DNA of 63,910 nucleotides, the filler included. It is 6 parts of 6 records of this genome, joined end to end, with 100 filler letters (N's around TTAATTAATTAA, not from the genome) between each part and the next. Parts side by side here need not be neighbours in the genome. Positions count along the whole stretch, not along the records: positions 10,094 to 33,325 come from SRR31147125_2584; 5 more parts are not named here. One strand, given 5' to 3'. A program made the position numbers and the translations under genes. The stretch's first letter is position 1. Every line of letters begins with the position of its first letter. The notes under the pieces were generated by a model, which was not told the origin of the DNA, did not search any database, and saw nothing but the letters and a program-made list of their open reading frames with translations. Below are positions 21,110 through 31,496 of this stretch, piece after piece.

Positions 21110-22711
21110 TTATTCATTTATTCCGTAAGCCGAATACTTTTCTTTGATAGGTCCAAGTCCGTTTTTCCAATCACCCTTACATTCTTTGTATAGTAAGGCT
21201 TTTAACTTTTCTAACTTCTCTGGGTATTTTGCTGAAAGTTCATTTTCTTCAGTGTAATCGTCGGGTAAATAATACAACTGAAACACATCTCCCGGCAAAT
21301 AATAACGCATTTTCCAACCGTCTTTCGAGATTATGGCAGGTCCCATATTTTTCGATGAAATATAAGTGTAATCGCGTGGTTCAACCGTTTCTCCAAACAA
21401 AAGAGGCGCATACGATTTTCCATCTTTCTCTTCAATTTGAGCTACACCAACAATTTCAGCCAAAGTATTCAGGAAATCGTAGTTGGCAACCATTTGCGTT
21501 GAAACTTGCCCGGGTTGAATTTTGTCTTTCCAATACCAGAACAAAGGCACACGGAAACCGCCCTCCCAGTTGGCACGCTTTAATCCCGACATGCCATCGT
21601 TCCCATTGAATGTATCGCCACCGGTTTGTGTTGTAAACCTTGTTTTTATATTGTCGAACAATTCGCCTGTATGCACATTTCGGTCGCGGGTGCTCCTGCC
21701 CTCTTGTCGGGCATAATTTGCATGTCCGTTATCGGAGCTAAATACCAAAATCGTATTTTCAAGAATCCCCAGTTCTTCAAGCTTGGTATAAATCCGGCCC
21801 ACATCTGTATCCAACATTTTCACCATCGAGGCGTATTCTTTTTCAAACTCAGTAAGGTTCGGGTTATTTTTGAAATCGGCATGAACCTCGGGAGTTGAAA
21901 TTGGGCCATGCGGTAACTGGCTTGGGAAATGGATAAAAAATGGTTTATCTGTTTCTTTTGGATTGTTTTTATCCATCCACGCCAACAATTTCTCCATAAT
22001 TATATTTTCAGAATAAACCGCTTTCCCCTTCATATTCCACCGTTCAGCATAGTTTTCAGGCGAATCGAATTCGGTTGTTTTAGCACAATCGATGTGGGAA
22101 TTTCCGGGAATATCAATTTTTTCGCCGTTTTCCCATAAAAAGGGAGGGTAAAATCCGTGGCAGCGTTGGTGGTCGTAATAACCAAAATGATAATCCCAGC
22201 CGTGGCGTTTAATGCGTTCGGTTGTTGTAGAAAATCCCCATTCCAATTTCCCGAATTCGGCGGTGGTGTACCCCGCCTGTTTTGCGACCTCTGCCAAAAA
22301 CACATCGTTTTCTTTTGCCGGCTTAATTACTTTATGAATTGCATCGGTTATCTCCTGTTGGCTTAAACCGTTATCCAGTTTCATCCAAATTCCAGCTGTG
22401 TTAATATTAAACTCATCGCGGCGGCAATCGTGCATTCCCGTTAATAAACTTGCTCGTGCCGGTGCACAATAATGGCAACCATAGGCATTATCAAATCGGA
22501 TTCCGCCTTCTGCCAAACGGTCGATATTTGGTGTTTTTACAATTTGTTGCCCGTAAGTTCCTAACATTCCGCGCCCAAGGTCGTCGGCGTAAATCATAAT
22601 GACATTCGGCTTTTTCGGATTACTTGACTCTGGATTTTTGTTACTGGATTTTGAGGCACAGCCTGCAAAAACTACAAATAACATTAGTAAGATTGTAATT
22701 AAATAATTCAT
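21110..22711 (-). CDS. S1 sulfatase (Cys-type), lipoprotein
   Basis: YADDLG, CAPAR, GKLEWG, SSDNG, WEGGFRVP; lipobox FAGC. Confidence 0.9.
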   Translation of the reverse strand: MNYLITILLMLFVVFAGCASKSSNKNPESSNPKKPNVIMIYADDLGRGMLGTYGQQIVKTPNIDRLAEGGIRFDNAYGCHYCAPARASLLTGMHDCRRDEFNINTAGIWMKLDNGLSQQEITDAIHKVIKPAKENDVFLAEVAKQAGYTTAEFGKLEWGFSTTTERIKRHGWDYHFGYYDHQRCHGFYPPFLWENGEKIDIPGNSHIDCAKTTEFDSPENYAERWNMKGKAVYSENIIMEKLLAWMDKNNPKETDKPFFIHFPSQLPHGPISTPEVHADFKNNPNLTEFEKEYASMVKMLDTDVGRIYTKLEELGILENTILVFSSDNGHANYARQEGRSTRDRNVHTGELFDNIKTRFTTQTGGDTFNGNDGMSGLKRANWEGGFRVPLFWYWKDKIQPGQVSTQMVANYDFLNTLAEIVGVAQIEEKDGKSYAPLLFGETVEPRDYTYISSKNMGPAIISKDGWKMRYYLPGDVFQLYYLPDDYTEENELSAKYPEKLEKLKALLYKECKGDWKNGLGPIKEKYSAYGINE

Positions 22712-22770
22712 TCTATTTCATTTATTATTCCAACTTTCCTTTAAGGATGTATTAATTGTGCTTCGCCTAA

Positions 22771-22855
22771 TTAGTGTCTGTCTATAAAGTCTGACTTCGC
22801 AAGCCTCGAATTCGAACTAACTAGTTCAGACACCTATTTTACAGACGAACTCTAA
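22771..22855. mobile_element. Possible 85-bp MITE-like element
   Basis: Imperfect 18-nt terminal inverted repeats (14/18 match): TTAGTGTCTGTCTATAAA and TTTACAGACGAACTCTAA. Confidence 0.35.
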
Positions 22856-25516
22856 TTATTCTATTTCGTTCTCATACTCCAAATCGATAAAGCGTAATGA
22901 ACCGGCAGGAACTTTCAAATTCATTGTTCCGTTTTCGATTGAAACTTTTTCGCCACTTAAAATATCCGTAGCTTTTTTTACTGAATTATTTTGTAAGGTA
23001 ACTACAACATTGCTTTCTGCCGGGTCTATATAACCAGGGTCAACCAACACTAAACGAATGTGCTTTTCATCGATACGAATGGCACTCCACGAAGATCCTT
23101 TTACCACAACTGGTAGTTCTGAGGCACCCATTTCAGCTGTTTTTTTCATCACCTCACCAAAGTCTTTGGCAGCAACTTTTTTACCGTCTACCAAGCCCTG
23201 TTTCCAATCGCTAACTACATATGGAATGTTGCTTTTCTTCAATTGACTTTCTGTTTCAATTGGTGCAACCGGAATCATTCCATAGGGCAACGGGGGTGTA
23301 AAATTCAACCAACGATAATCTACTCCCAACATTTTTGAAAAATCGTATTCAGGCACATTTGTTCCCGCCCAGCAAAGCTTTCCATAAGCTATTACAGCAT
23401 CATCGTCGTGCTCATCGTAAATGGTTAAATCATGACCAGTGCTTACTCCTTCAACCACTTCGTGGTCAACATCTTTTATTAAGTGCCACGAACCTATGGA
23501 AAGAATATCTTCTTTTTCCACAATAGGTAATGCTCCCGATTTCATCAAAGCAAAAAGAATATTCATCCCCGGATTTTCAAGGTATCCGATTGGAAAAATT
23601 AGTCCGTAACGACCGCCGTAAGCAGCATACATTACACCACTTCGCAAATAAGGAGAAACGGAACGTTGCCCACCCGGACTGTGCGGTCTCCAACAGGTTG
23701 GATTATCATCCACAAGCCGCATGGCAAAATCATCGACATAACCTGCCGAAAACATTCCCGAACGACCACTGAAATTTAATTCCTGAGTACGAGCATTTGT
23801 ATCTTCAGCTGCCGGCACTAATACATCGCTATATTTTCCAGAAAAGAACATACGTTTCCAAGGCTCAGTATGAGAATTTGCTGCCCAAAAAATATTCTTG
23901 TAGCGGAAATAGAGCTTCGCCTTTCCATGTTTTCTGCAGGCTGCTGCTAAACGAGGCACATAATTATCTACAAAATAAATGTATCGTGGGTCGGTAGAGT
24001 TTTCCATTTCGGCATAGGTAAAACCATAGCACATGGTTGGTGCCACTTCCAAAATCTTCTCCATGGTTTCGATAGACACATAAAAGGGATCATTTCCATG
24101 ACCTGTCCAGGCCACAAAAGAAATTCCATCTTTTTCCAATTGCGCTGCTTCTTTTAAAATTTCTTCCTGTGATTGAACATATTCTCTGCGATGGTCTTTT
24201 TGAAGCGCCACGTCGCCCATCAATTCAACCAAATGGCTGCGGTCAAAATTTTCAGTAAAATTATGCTGACGGATGTATTTTACACCGGCTCCTTTAAGTT
24301 TTCCCAGCTCCGGTAATTCTTCAATATTGGTAATCATTACCCAATCTTTTTCTGCCTTTTTTTGATAAACGGGAGGTGTAAAATTGAGTGTCTGTTTATA
24401 AAGTGTCTCCAGATTTTCTTCAACATTGGCTAAACGACCTTGTAATTTGTGTTCCTTTTTCCACCAATTCTTTTCATCAAGCGAAGTAAAATAAATGCTA
24501 TTTCCACCACCTATTTGACCAATTCCAATTAGCTGATTCGATTCAGGTTCAAAAACAATATCATTAAAAATAATTCCACGGTGCTTTTCTCCTGATTTAT
24601 GGATAAGATTTCCTTGCAAATCGGTTACGTATTGAATTCCGCCATATTGCATAACAATTTGATTCTGGTTTGGCAGGAGTGTTGTTCCTATTCCATGCGC
24701 ATAACGTTGTTTGTCTTTGGAGCCTCCAACAAAATTAAGTACTTGCTTAAAGCTATCATCCATTCCATAAATAAAACCTCCGTTGGGTACATGCCCTATA
24801 AAAAGTACATCATCCAAACCATTTTTATCCAGATCTGCTATTTCGTGGTTGTTAATCATAAAACGGCTCCACGATTTAGGTAGCTTTTTATTTTGTTTGA
24901 TTACCGATTTATCCTCAGCATTCAAAAAGCCGTTAAACATCCAACGGAATTTGTCGTGTTGATAGGTCATCAGATAAATCGATTGTTTGTCTTTCTCCTG
25001 AAAATTACCGGTTTCTAAAATTCGTATCGTTCCTTCGATAGCTGTTTTACCTATCAATTTTCCATTGGTGTCAATTTCGTACAGATTAAAGTCGTTCCCT
25101 CCTGCGAGGATACTAGTCTTTTCCTCCTGTTTTAGTACAGCCAGTTCATTAAAACGAACTTTATGACCGGGATTAAACTTCCAGAGCAGTTCACCTTTCG
25201 AACTCCAGCAGTACACATTTCCATCGGCACTTGCTGCAAGTAAATCGTCGTTGCCATCGCCATTAATATCTTCTGCTTCAATTTCAAAAGGAACTGCTTT
25301 CCCCTCGGTTCGGTTCTTCCATTTTAACTTTCCACCAAGAGTATAGCACAAAACGGAGCCATTAATTTCTGAAATAAACAAAACAGTTTCCTTATCGACT
25401 TTTCCAACAACTGCATTTCTGATGCTATTGCCATCAACCGTAAAATTTTTCGCTGCTTTTGTCTGAATAAAAATAAGACATAAAGCAATAACTATGTAGG
25501 TTTTAATCTTACTCAT
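22856..25516 (-). CDS. Lambda-carrageenase-like protein (GH150), divergent paralog
   Basis: N-terminal PQQ/FG-GAP propeller (DINGDGNDDLLAASADGNVYC); GHGNDPFY, FRYKNIFW, VPAAEDT, DNP, LVDPGYIDP and RFIDLE are colinear with 28479-31397. Confidence 0.78.
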   Translation of the reverse strand: MSKIKTYIVIALCLIFIQTKAAKNFTVDGNSIRNAVVGKVDKETVLFISEINGSVLCYTLGGKLKWKNRTEGKAVPFEIEAEDINGDGNDDLLAASADGNVYCWSSKGELLWKFNPGHKVRFNELAVLKQEEKTSILAGGNDFNLYEIDTNGKLIGKTAIEGTIRILETGNFQEKDKQSIYLMTYQHDKFRWMFNGFLNAEDKSVIKQNKKLPKSWSRFMINNHEIADLDKNGLDDVLFIGHVPNGGFIYGMDDSFKQVLNFVGGSKDKQRYAHGIGTTLLPNQNQIVMQYGGIQYVTDLQGNLIHKSGEKHRGIIFNDIVFEPESNQLIGIGQIGGGNSIYFTSLDEKNWWKKEHKLQGRLANVEENLETLYKQTLNFTPPVYQKKAEKDWVMITNIEELPELGKLKGAGVKYIRQHNFTENFDRSHLVELMGDVALQKDHRREYVQSQEEILKEAAQLEKDGISFVAWTGHGNDPFYVSIETMEKILEVAPTMCYGFTYAEMENSTDPRYIYFVDNYVPRLAAACRKHGKAKLYFRYKNIFWAANSHTEPWKRMFFSGKYSDVLVPAAEDTNARTQELNFSGRSGMFSAGYVDDFAMRLVDDNPTCWRPHSPGGQRSVSPYLRSGVMYAAYGGRYGLIFPIGYLENPGMNILFALMKSGALPIVEKEDILSIGSWHLIKDVDHEVVEGVSTGHDLTIYDEHDDDAVIAYGKLCWAGTNVPEYDFSKMLGVDYRWLNFTPPLPYGMIPVAPIETESQLKKSNIPYVVSDWKQGLVDGKKVAAKDFGEVMKKTAEMGASELPVVVKGSSWSAIRIDEKHIRLVLVDPGYIDPAESNVVVTLQNNSVKKATDILSGEKVSIENGTMNLKVPAGSLRFIDLEYENEIE

Positions 25517-26939
25517 ACCTCAAATTGTATTTCGAATCCAATGTTGGTTCATTAAACTTTTTCATTCGCGATTTTAAAGCTTTCATCATTTGTTTTGAAG
25601 CTTTCTCGTATCCGGGTGCGTTATAAACATTTACAATTTCATGAGGGTCGTTTTCCAAATCGAATAACCAGGGCTCGTCGCTATCCGACACGACTAATTT
25701 GTACTTACTACTAACCGATGCAACCCAGCCATTCGCAGAGCCTGACATATGTGTAATTCTATCGCTTTTAACCACTTTCTGCTGGTTTTCAAAATCCGGT
25801 GCTGTATTTTCTCCATGAAATTTCGCATCAGATTTAATATCCATCAATCCCAATAAAGTTGGAAGCATATCTACATTACAATATGCTTTTTCCATCACCT
25901 TTCCGGCTTTTATTTTTTCGGGATAACGAATTACAAAAGGAATTTTCGTTGAAGCTTCGTAAGCATTTCCCTTATTCATACGGTTGTGTTCGTAAAACAA
26001 ATCGCCATGGTCCGAGGTAAAAATGATGATGGTATTATCAACCAGTTTATTTTCATCCAGAAAAGCAAGAATATCGCCCACTTTATCGTCGATATGTTTT
26101 ACCATTCCGAAGTATTGTTTTAACGCTTCGGGCTTAAAACCTTTGGCTTCATTTTTATCTCCTTTTCCCCAATTCGGCTTTTTTGCCACAAATGCCGGTA
26201 ACATGGATTGAGGCTTTTCCAACTCCAAATTATCGTACATCGAGCCATAAGGTTCGCGGGCATAATCGGGAGTATGTGGGTCGGGAATTGATACGATAAG
26301 AGCAAATGGTTTATTCTTATCCCGCTCCAGAATTTCAAGTGTTTTTTCAGTAAAATAATCGGTCATGTGAATAACCTCGTTTTCGGGCAATCCCTTAACC
26401 TGATTTTTATTCATTGCCTCAATTCTCTCCTCTGTAATGTGAAAATACGGATTATGACCGCGTGTCATCATGTAACGATAGTCGGCAAAACCAGCCGGAT
26501 ATTTCACATTAAATCCGTACTTCTCAGATTCTTCAAGGTGCCACTTTCCCAAATAAGATGTAGAATAGCCATTTTCGTTTAGGATAGTAGCAAGGGTCGG
26601 GATGTCTTTACGGAAATTGTCGTTGTTTTTATAAACATTGGTTGCCTGACGATACAAACCCGAAATCATTGAAGCACGCGATGGCGAACATACCGGAGTT
26701 GAAGCATAATAATTCATACAAATTGCACCTTCCTCGGCAATTCTGTCAATGTGTGGAGTTTCTACTCCATTTCCTTTCCCCCAAACATAAGCCTCGGCTT
26801 CGGGCAAGTTATTACGGTAACAACTTAATGTTCTGAAGTTGTGCTCATCGGTATGTATAATTAACAGGTTAGGTTTCTGTGCCTGCAATCCAGAGAAAGC
26901 GAAAAGCACGATAAAAAAAATGATGAAGATTGTTTTCAT
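25509..26939 (-). CDS. S1 sulfatase (Cys-type)
   Basis: IHTDEH, CSPSR, GKWHL, PDPH, TSDHG; SPI signal peptide. Confidence 0.9.
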   Translation of the reverse strand: MKTIFIIFFIVLFAFSGLQAQKPNLLIIHTDEHNFRTLSCYRNNLPEAEAYVWGKGNGVETPHIDRIAEEGAICMNYYASTPVCSPSRASMISGLYRQATNVYKNNDNFRKDIPTLATILNENGYSTSYLGKWHLEESEKYGFNVKYPAGFADYRYMMTRGHNPYFHITEERIEAMNKNQVKGLPENEVIHMTDYFTEKTLEILERDKNKPFALIVSIPDPHTPDYAREPYGSMYDNLELEKPQSMLPAFVAKKPNWGKGDKNEAKGFKPEALKQYFGMVKHIDDKVGDILAFLDENKLVDNTIIIFTSDHGDLFYEHNRMNKGNAYEASTKIPFVIRYPEKIKAGKVMEKAYCNVDMLPTLLGLMDIKSDAKFHGENTAPDFENQQKVVKSDRITHMSGSANGWVASVSSKYKLVVSDSDEPWLFDLENDPHEIVNVYNAPGYEKASKQMMKALKSRMKKFNEPTLDSKYNLRYE

Positions 26940-27048
26940 TTAAATCCGATTTAATTGGTTTCTAAATTCGTGCATGAAATTAGCTAAATACAAACCGAAC
27001 TTTGTGTTTTTTAGTTTTTGGAATGAGCTTATGCGTTTATTTCTACAT

Positions 27049-27056
27049 CAAAGTTA
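27049..27056 (-). promoter_or_regulatory. Possible internal PUL promoter (-7 box)
   Basis: TAACTTTG on the minus strand in the 380-nt gap, ~110 nt upstream of the sulfatase; no clear -33 box. Confidence 0.4.
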
Positions 27057-27323
27057 TTCTCTCGTCGAATTGAATGTTTGTTTTGTAAAGGCTAAACTTT
27101 TATGCGGTTGAAGAAAGGGGAAACAGACTATAACAAAATTATTTTCTGCACATTAACAGTAATCCGGCTCAATACAATTTGTGCCAAACAGCTATTGAAA
27201 TGTACTTTGGTTTTTATAGGTTTAGAAAGTAAAAAAATGCACGTAGCTTATTTTCAACTTTCTAAACTCAGTTTGATTCACAATTTTTCCAAAAAACCTT
27301 TAGGAAAAAATGTGGTTATTGGT

Positions 27324-28472
27324 TTATTGTTTTAATAATTTTTGCTTAATTAAATTTTGTTTCCCTTCCATTATCAATACATATAAGCCATTGGGTAAAT
27401 CCAAATTGCTTGTATTCAAAACAAATTCTTGCATTTCATTTTTTATATTTCTCTGCAAAATAATTCTTCCCCAAACATCAATTAGTATTACACTTTCAAA
27501 ACCGTAGTTTGGCGATACTGAAACTTTAAGTTCTTTGTCAAACGGATTCGGGTAAACCTTAATTTCCTGTGCATTTTTTTTAACAGGCTGAATAGATGTG
27601 ACAACATCTTCAAACGATATATCATCGATAAAAAACGTTCCTGTTCCGCCTCCAAAGGTGGTGTTATTTGGCATTTCAATTTTGATACCTGTATTAATAT
27701 TTTCAGGCAAATCAATGTTCTGACTTAACTCAATCCATGTGCCTTTTGCAAGCCCACTTATATCCCAGCGTTGCAGCTGCCAGGGTTCTTTTAAAATCGT
27801 ATTAAATGCTGAGATAGTTGTTTCCGGTTCAATCCAAACCTTCAGCTTCATTTCATATTTTCCAGCATCCAGTTCTATGGTATTATTCTCGGTGGTTTCA
27901 ATGCTGCTTATGTAAGGAATCAGAGGTTTCTCTTCTTCTACATATCCCCAAATCTCAATATCGTCGATGTAAAAAGTGCCTTGCCCGCTACTTACAACCA
28001 TCATTAATTTCGAATCTGTCACAGCCTCGTCAAGTACTATTTCCTGCGATAATTCTACCCACTTTCCTGTTTCAGCTTTTTCTAAATTCCAGATAATGTT
28101 TTTCCAGGGTGTTTTTATGGTAGTTTGAAAGTTTGAAATACTTGCTGTACTATCGAGCCAAACTTTCAGCTTCATGGTGTAGGTTCCGGGCGCTAAGTTT
28201 ATTAGCGAGCCCTCAAAATCCTCGTCTCCGGCATGCGCCTTTAAACTTGTTGATACACTTGTAGCACTCGAAAATTTAATAGAATAAGTTCCGTTTGCAG
28301 CTTTTTCGTTGGTAACGTTCCAATTATCGGGGTGCTGCATCCACCATGCATCGCCGCCTGCCTCGAAACCAAAGTATTGTTCGGGAAGTAGGTTTTTCAG
28401 AACCAATTGTGCCGACAAAACTCCAGGCAACAGAACAATAAAAATCAACAATATGAATTTAGTCTTTGCCAT
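27324..28472 (-). CDS. T9SS cargo protein with one complete and one N-terminally truncated CBM-like beta-sandwich
   Basis: Signal peptide; GFE...FYIDDI repeats; C-terminal Por sorting domain IKVYPNPF...GLYVL...QKLLKQ. Confidence 0.82.
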   Translation of the reverse strand: MAKTKFILLIFIVLLPGVLSAQLVLKNLLPEQYFGFEAGGDAWWMQHPDNWNVTNEKAANGTYSIKFSSATSVSTSLKAHAGDEDFEGSLINLAPGTYTMKLKVWLDSTASISNFQTTIKTPWKNIIWNLEKAETGKWVELSQEIVLDEAVTDSKLMMVVSSGQGTFYIDDIEIWGYVEEEKPLIPYISSIETTENNTIELDAGKYEMKLKVWIEPETTISAFNTILKEPWQLQRWDISGLAKGTWIELSQNIDLPENINTGIKIEMPNNTTFGGGTGTFFIDDISFEDVVTSIQPVKKNAQEIKVYPNPFDKELKVSVSPNYGFESVILIDVWGRIILQRNIKNEMQEFVLNTSNLDLPNGLYVLIMEGKQNLIKQKLLKQ

Positions 28473-28478
28473 TCATAT

Positions 28479-31397
28479 TTATTGTAAAGGTTCGCTTAAT
28501 TCAATATCAATAAAGCGGAACATGCCGCAGGATACTTCAATTGTTAAATCGGAGCCGGAAGCATCGAATGTTTCACCGTCGAGAACATCTTCCATTTTTA
28601 CCGGATTAATGGTATGAAAAGTAATTTTTGCTTTTCTATCGTCGGGATTTAAGTAGCCACCATCGATTAAAGTTAATCGCAAATGAGTTGGCGATGTTTG
28701 AGCAAGCACCCATGCAACTTTACCCGTAACGGTAAGCGGCAATTTGCTTGCACTGTTTTTAATGTCGTTTTCGATGGTAGTGAAGTACTCATCGGCGGCA
28801 TAAGTTTGTGTGCCATCGGCTGAATAGTAGTTTCTACCGTCGGTATAATATTCCTTTAAAATGTTTTTATAGATGGGATGAAGCCGGTCTTTTAATGCTC
28901 CACGTGGTGCATCTTTATCAGCATGAATGCCATTTTGTGGCGGGGTAATTAGTACTTTCCCGTTTTCGTAGGGTGGCAAAAAATTGGAGCGACGTTCGTT
29001 TACTCCCGCTGCATATTTCGAGAAATCCCAATCGGTAACAGGTGCGGCTGGCCACGAACCATTTAAGCGACTAAAAACAAAGGGGTTGTTTTCTTCAAAT
29101 TCCTGATCGTAAAAAGTACTCCACTTAACATTACTGGCTTCGTTCATATAGTGTTCGTCGGGTTGAAGCATACTTAGATGCACCGGTGAAAAACTCAAAA
29201 TTTCGTTGGCTTTTGGAACGTACAACGCACCTTTTGCAATTAGTTCCCACAACAGGCACATGTATTCGGGATTGGTTGCAAAATTATTGATGTATTGCGC
29301 ACCATTTGCAATGCTGTAAATACTGTGCCTCAAAAAATGATTGGGAACTATTTGATGACTAAACTGACGAGAGCGGTCGTAGCTCGGATTATCGGGGACA
29401 CTGCGCGAGCCCCAGCCATTAACTGCTCCGCTTGCCCAAATTCCTAAACGACCAACCAAACTCAGCTCCATACTTTTGTCGGTAGTTTCTTCCATCGAGG
29501 GTACAAAAACATCGGCAAATTCGCCCGACATTAATCGCGACCACATGGGCAAGTAAATATTCGACTGCCAAAACGCATGTTTAGTCCGCACATAAATATT
29601 CGCATTTTTATCTTGTGCATATTGTGCCAAAGGATAAAATAAATCATTCATTACCCAGGCAAAATCCTCGGTGTGGTCTTCCAATTCAGGATAAGTGAGA
29701 ACTGTTTTTCTGCCATCGGCAAAATCGAGCACCTGTTTTGTGGTAGATAATTGCCACATGTATGGGTCGTTTCCATGTCCTCCCCAATAGGCAATGCCGG
29801 GGTAACCCTCGTACCACGAAGTTATCAGGTCGACCGATTGTTGCTGGGTTAAAACATAATCGCGGCGCTGATCGCGTTTGTTTTTATACTTTTCGTTCTC
29901 CATTTCGGAGCGGTCCCAGTTTTCGGCATCGCCGGTGTGGGCACCGTTTAAAATTACCGGACTGTTGTAATTTTCGATAATATTATTTGCTACTGCCGAT
30001 GATTTCTGGGTGTCGTATTTTTCTGTCATTAAATAAACCGGCAAAGGTTCGCGTTCCCAGGTCGGCTTTTCAAAGCCATTTAGATTCTCCCAAACGGTTT
30101 CCGTATTTGCAAGAATTTGACTCATTTTACCTTGCGGAGCAATGTTTTTATACGACTTTTTCCACGCCTCGTTTTTGGTATCTAGAATATGAATACAACT
30201 GCCACCACTTTGCACACTTGCCAAAATAATGTTATCGTCTGAATCTTTCCATAAATCGTTAAAAGAGTGCGAGCTTTCTAATCTTTCCGCTTCACTTTCG
30301 TTAAAATCGAGTGGAACCAGAAACATACGATTACCCACCAAAAACAAATATTTTTGACTATTGCCGTCCGGAATAAGTTCGCACTGTGTTACCGAGTAGC
30401 CAAATCCCAGGTTTTCTAATTCGTACTGAGTCATTGAACCATCTTCGGAATTCATTTTCACCACAGCCATATTATTATGATGCCCCGATGTCCCCATTAA
30501 AATATCAGGTGAATTATCACCGTTTCCATCAAGAATACGAACATCGCCAATAACCGTCTTTGCATCAACCTTGGTATTTATAAACGGCAAATCGGCAAGT
30601 ACTTCAAACTGATAAATGGTACCTTTTACCTGCATGTGGTTGTTCGTTCCGTGTTGAACCAATATTTCTGTGCCATCCGATTTTTTCATGGATCGCAAAA
30701 AATTGGCAACATGTACATTGTTGGGTGGAAGAATTCCAGTTCCCCATGTTTTTTCAACGGAATAGCCTGATGATTTTATTTCCTTTACTAAAGTTCCACT
30801 TGCCGACAAATAGTAAATACTCATATCGAAACCACCACAAACAACATAAGAATCAGTACCCTTTTTTACCACACAAACCGTGTACATTGGGGCGCTGTTC
30901 TTTTTAAACTGCCACAATAATTCTCCTTTTGAATTGAGACAATAAACGGTGCCATCGGCGTTGGCGGTTAAAATCTCGTCGTTACCATCGCCGGTAATAT
31001 CGGCACACCACAAATCCTGGCTCATAAAACCCGAAAGCTTGTTTTTCCAGATAATACTTCCGTCGTAAGCAATAGCCATTACAATCCCCTCGTAGCTGCT
31101 TGCAATTACATATTTGTTCTCGTTGAATTGTGCTGTTCGGACTTTGCTTATTGTGTGTTTGGTATCAATGCTAATTAATCCGCTAGCAGCAAAATCGTTA
31201 TTCGCATTTTTATCGAGAGTAAACTTTAAGCTGTAACTGCCAGATGCAGCAAGGTCATTACTTACCGATAAATAATCTGAATGATTGGTTGTCCATCCAT
31301 TTTCGGCATTTTCGAACCCAAGAAATTCCTGGGCTTGTATGTGCTTTGAAAAAACAAATGTTGTAAGAATGAAAAGATAAATAAAAGTATGCTTCAT
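28479..31397 (-). CDS. Lambda-carrageenase (GH150, CglA-like) with an N-terminal CBM fragment
   Basis: Extensive similarity to the recalled Pseudoalteromonas CglA sequence (ISKVRT, SYEG, LSGFM, QSGGS, ENWDRSE, GHGNDPYM, MEETTDKSME, DNPSYDR, FSRLNGSWP, HLRLTL.D.GYLNP); start placed at MKHTF signal peptide. Confidence 0.88.
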   Translation of the reverse strand: MKHTFIYLFILTTFVFSKHIQAQEFLGFENAENGWTTNHSDYLSVSNDLAASGSYSLKFTLDKNANNDFAASGLISIDTKHTISKVRTAQFNENKYVIASSYEGIVMAIAYDGSIIWKNKLSGFMSQDLWCADITGDGNDEILTANADGTVYCLNSKGELLWQFKKNSAPMYTVCVVKKGTDSYVVCGGFDMSIYYLSASGTLVKEIKSSGYSVEKTWGTGILPPNNVHVANFLRSMKKSDGTEILVQHGTNNHMQVKGTIYQFEVLADLPFINTKVDAKTVIGDVRILDGNGDNSPDILMGTSGHHNNMAVVKMNSEDGSMTQYELENLGFGYSVTQCELIPDGNSQKYLFLVGNRMFLVPLDFNESEAERLESSHSFNDLWKDSDDNIILASVQSGGSCIHILDTKNEAWKKSYKNIAPQGKMSQILANTETVWENLNGFEKPTWEREPLPVYLMTEKYDTQKSSAVANNIIENYNSPVILNGAHTGDAENWDRSEMENEKYKNKRDQRRDYVLTQQQSVDLITSWYEGYPGIAYWGGHGNDPYMWQLSTTKQVLDFADGRKTVLTYPELEDHTEDFAWVMNDLFYPLAQYAQDKNANIYVRTKHAFWQSNIYLPMWSRLMSGEFADVFVPSMEETTDKSMELSLVGRLGIWASGAVNGWGSRSVPDNPSYDRSRQFSHQIVPNHFLRHSIYSIANGAQYINNFATNPEYMCLLWELIAKGALYVPKANEILSFSPVHLSMLQPDEHYMNEASNVKWSTFYDQEFEENNPFVFSRLNGSWPAAPVTDWDFSKYAAGVNERRSNFLPPYENGKVLITPPQNGIHADKDAPRGALKDRLHPIYKNILKEYYTDGRNYYSADGTQTYAADEYFTTIENDIKNSASKLPLTVTGKVAWVLAQTSPTHLRLTLIDGGYLNPDDRKAKITFHTINPVKMEDVLDGETFDASGSDLTIEVSCGMFRFIDIELSEPLQ

Positions 31398-31427
31398 TTT
31401 ATTGGCTACTAAACTCGGTTCATTTCT

Positions 31428-31460
31428 AAAAAAGCCCGACAGCAACAATTGCTGCCGGGC
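31428..31460 (-). terminator. Intrinsic terminator / stabilising hairpin inside the PUL
   Basis: Minus strand GCCCGGCAGCAATTGTTGCTGTCGGGC followed by T6. Confidence 0.75.
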
Positions 31461-31496
31461 AATAAATCAAATTTATATTTGATTAATCTAACTAAA

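Noticed and set aside
28470-28481. GH150 and the CBM-T9SS gene as one ORF broken by a sequencing error
   Set aside because: Two in-frame stops (TAA ATA TGA) and a complete second signal peptide indicate two real genes
31398-31448. ORF-track N-terminal extension of the GH150
   Set aside because: It overlaps a terminator hairpin; the signal peptide starts at 31397
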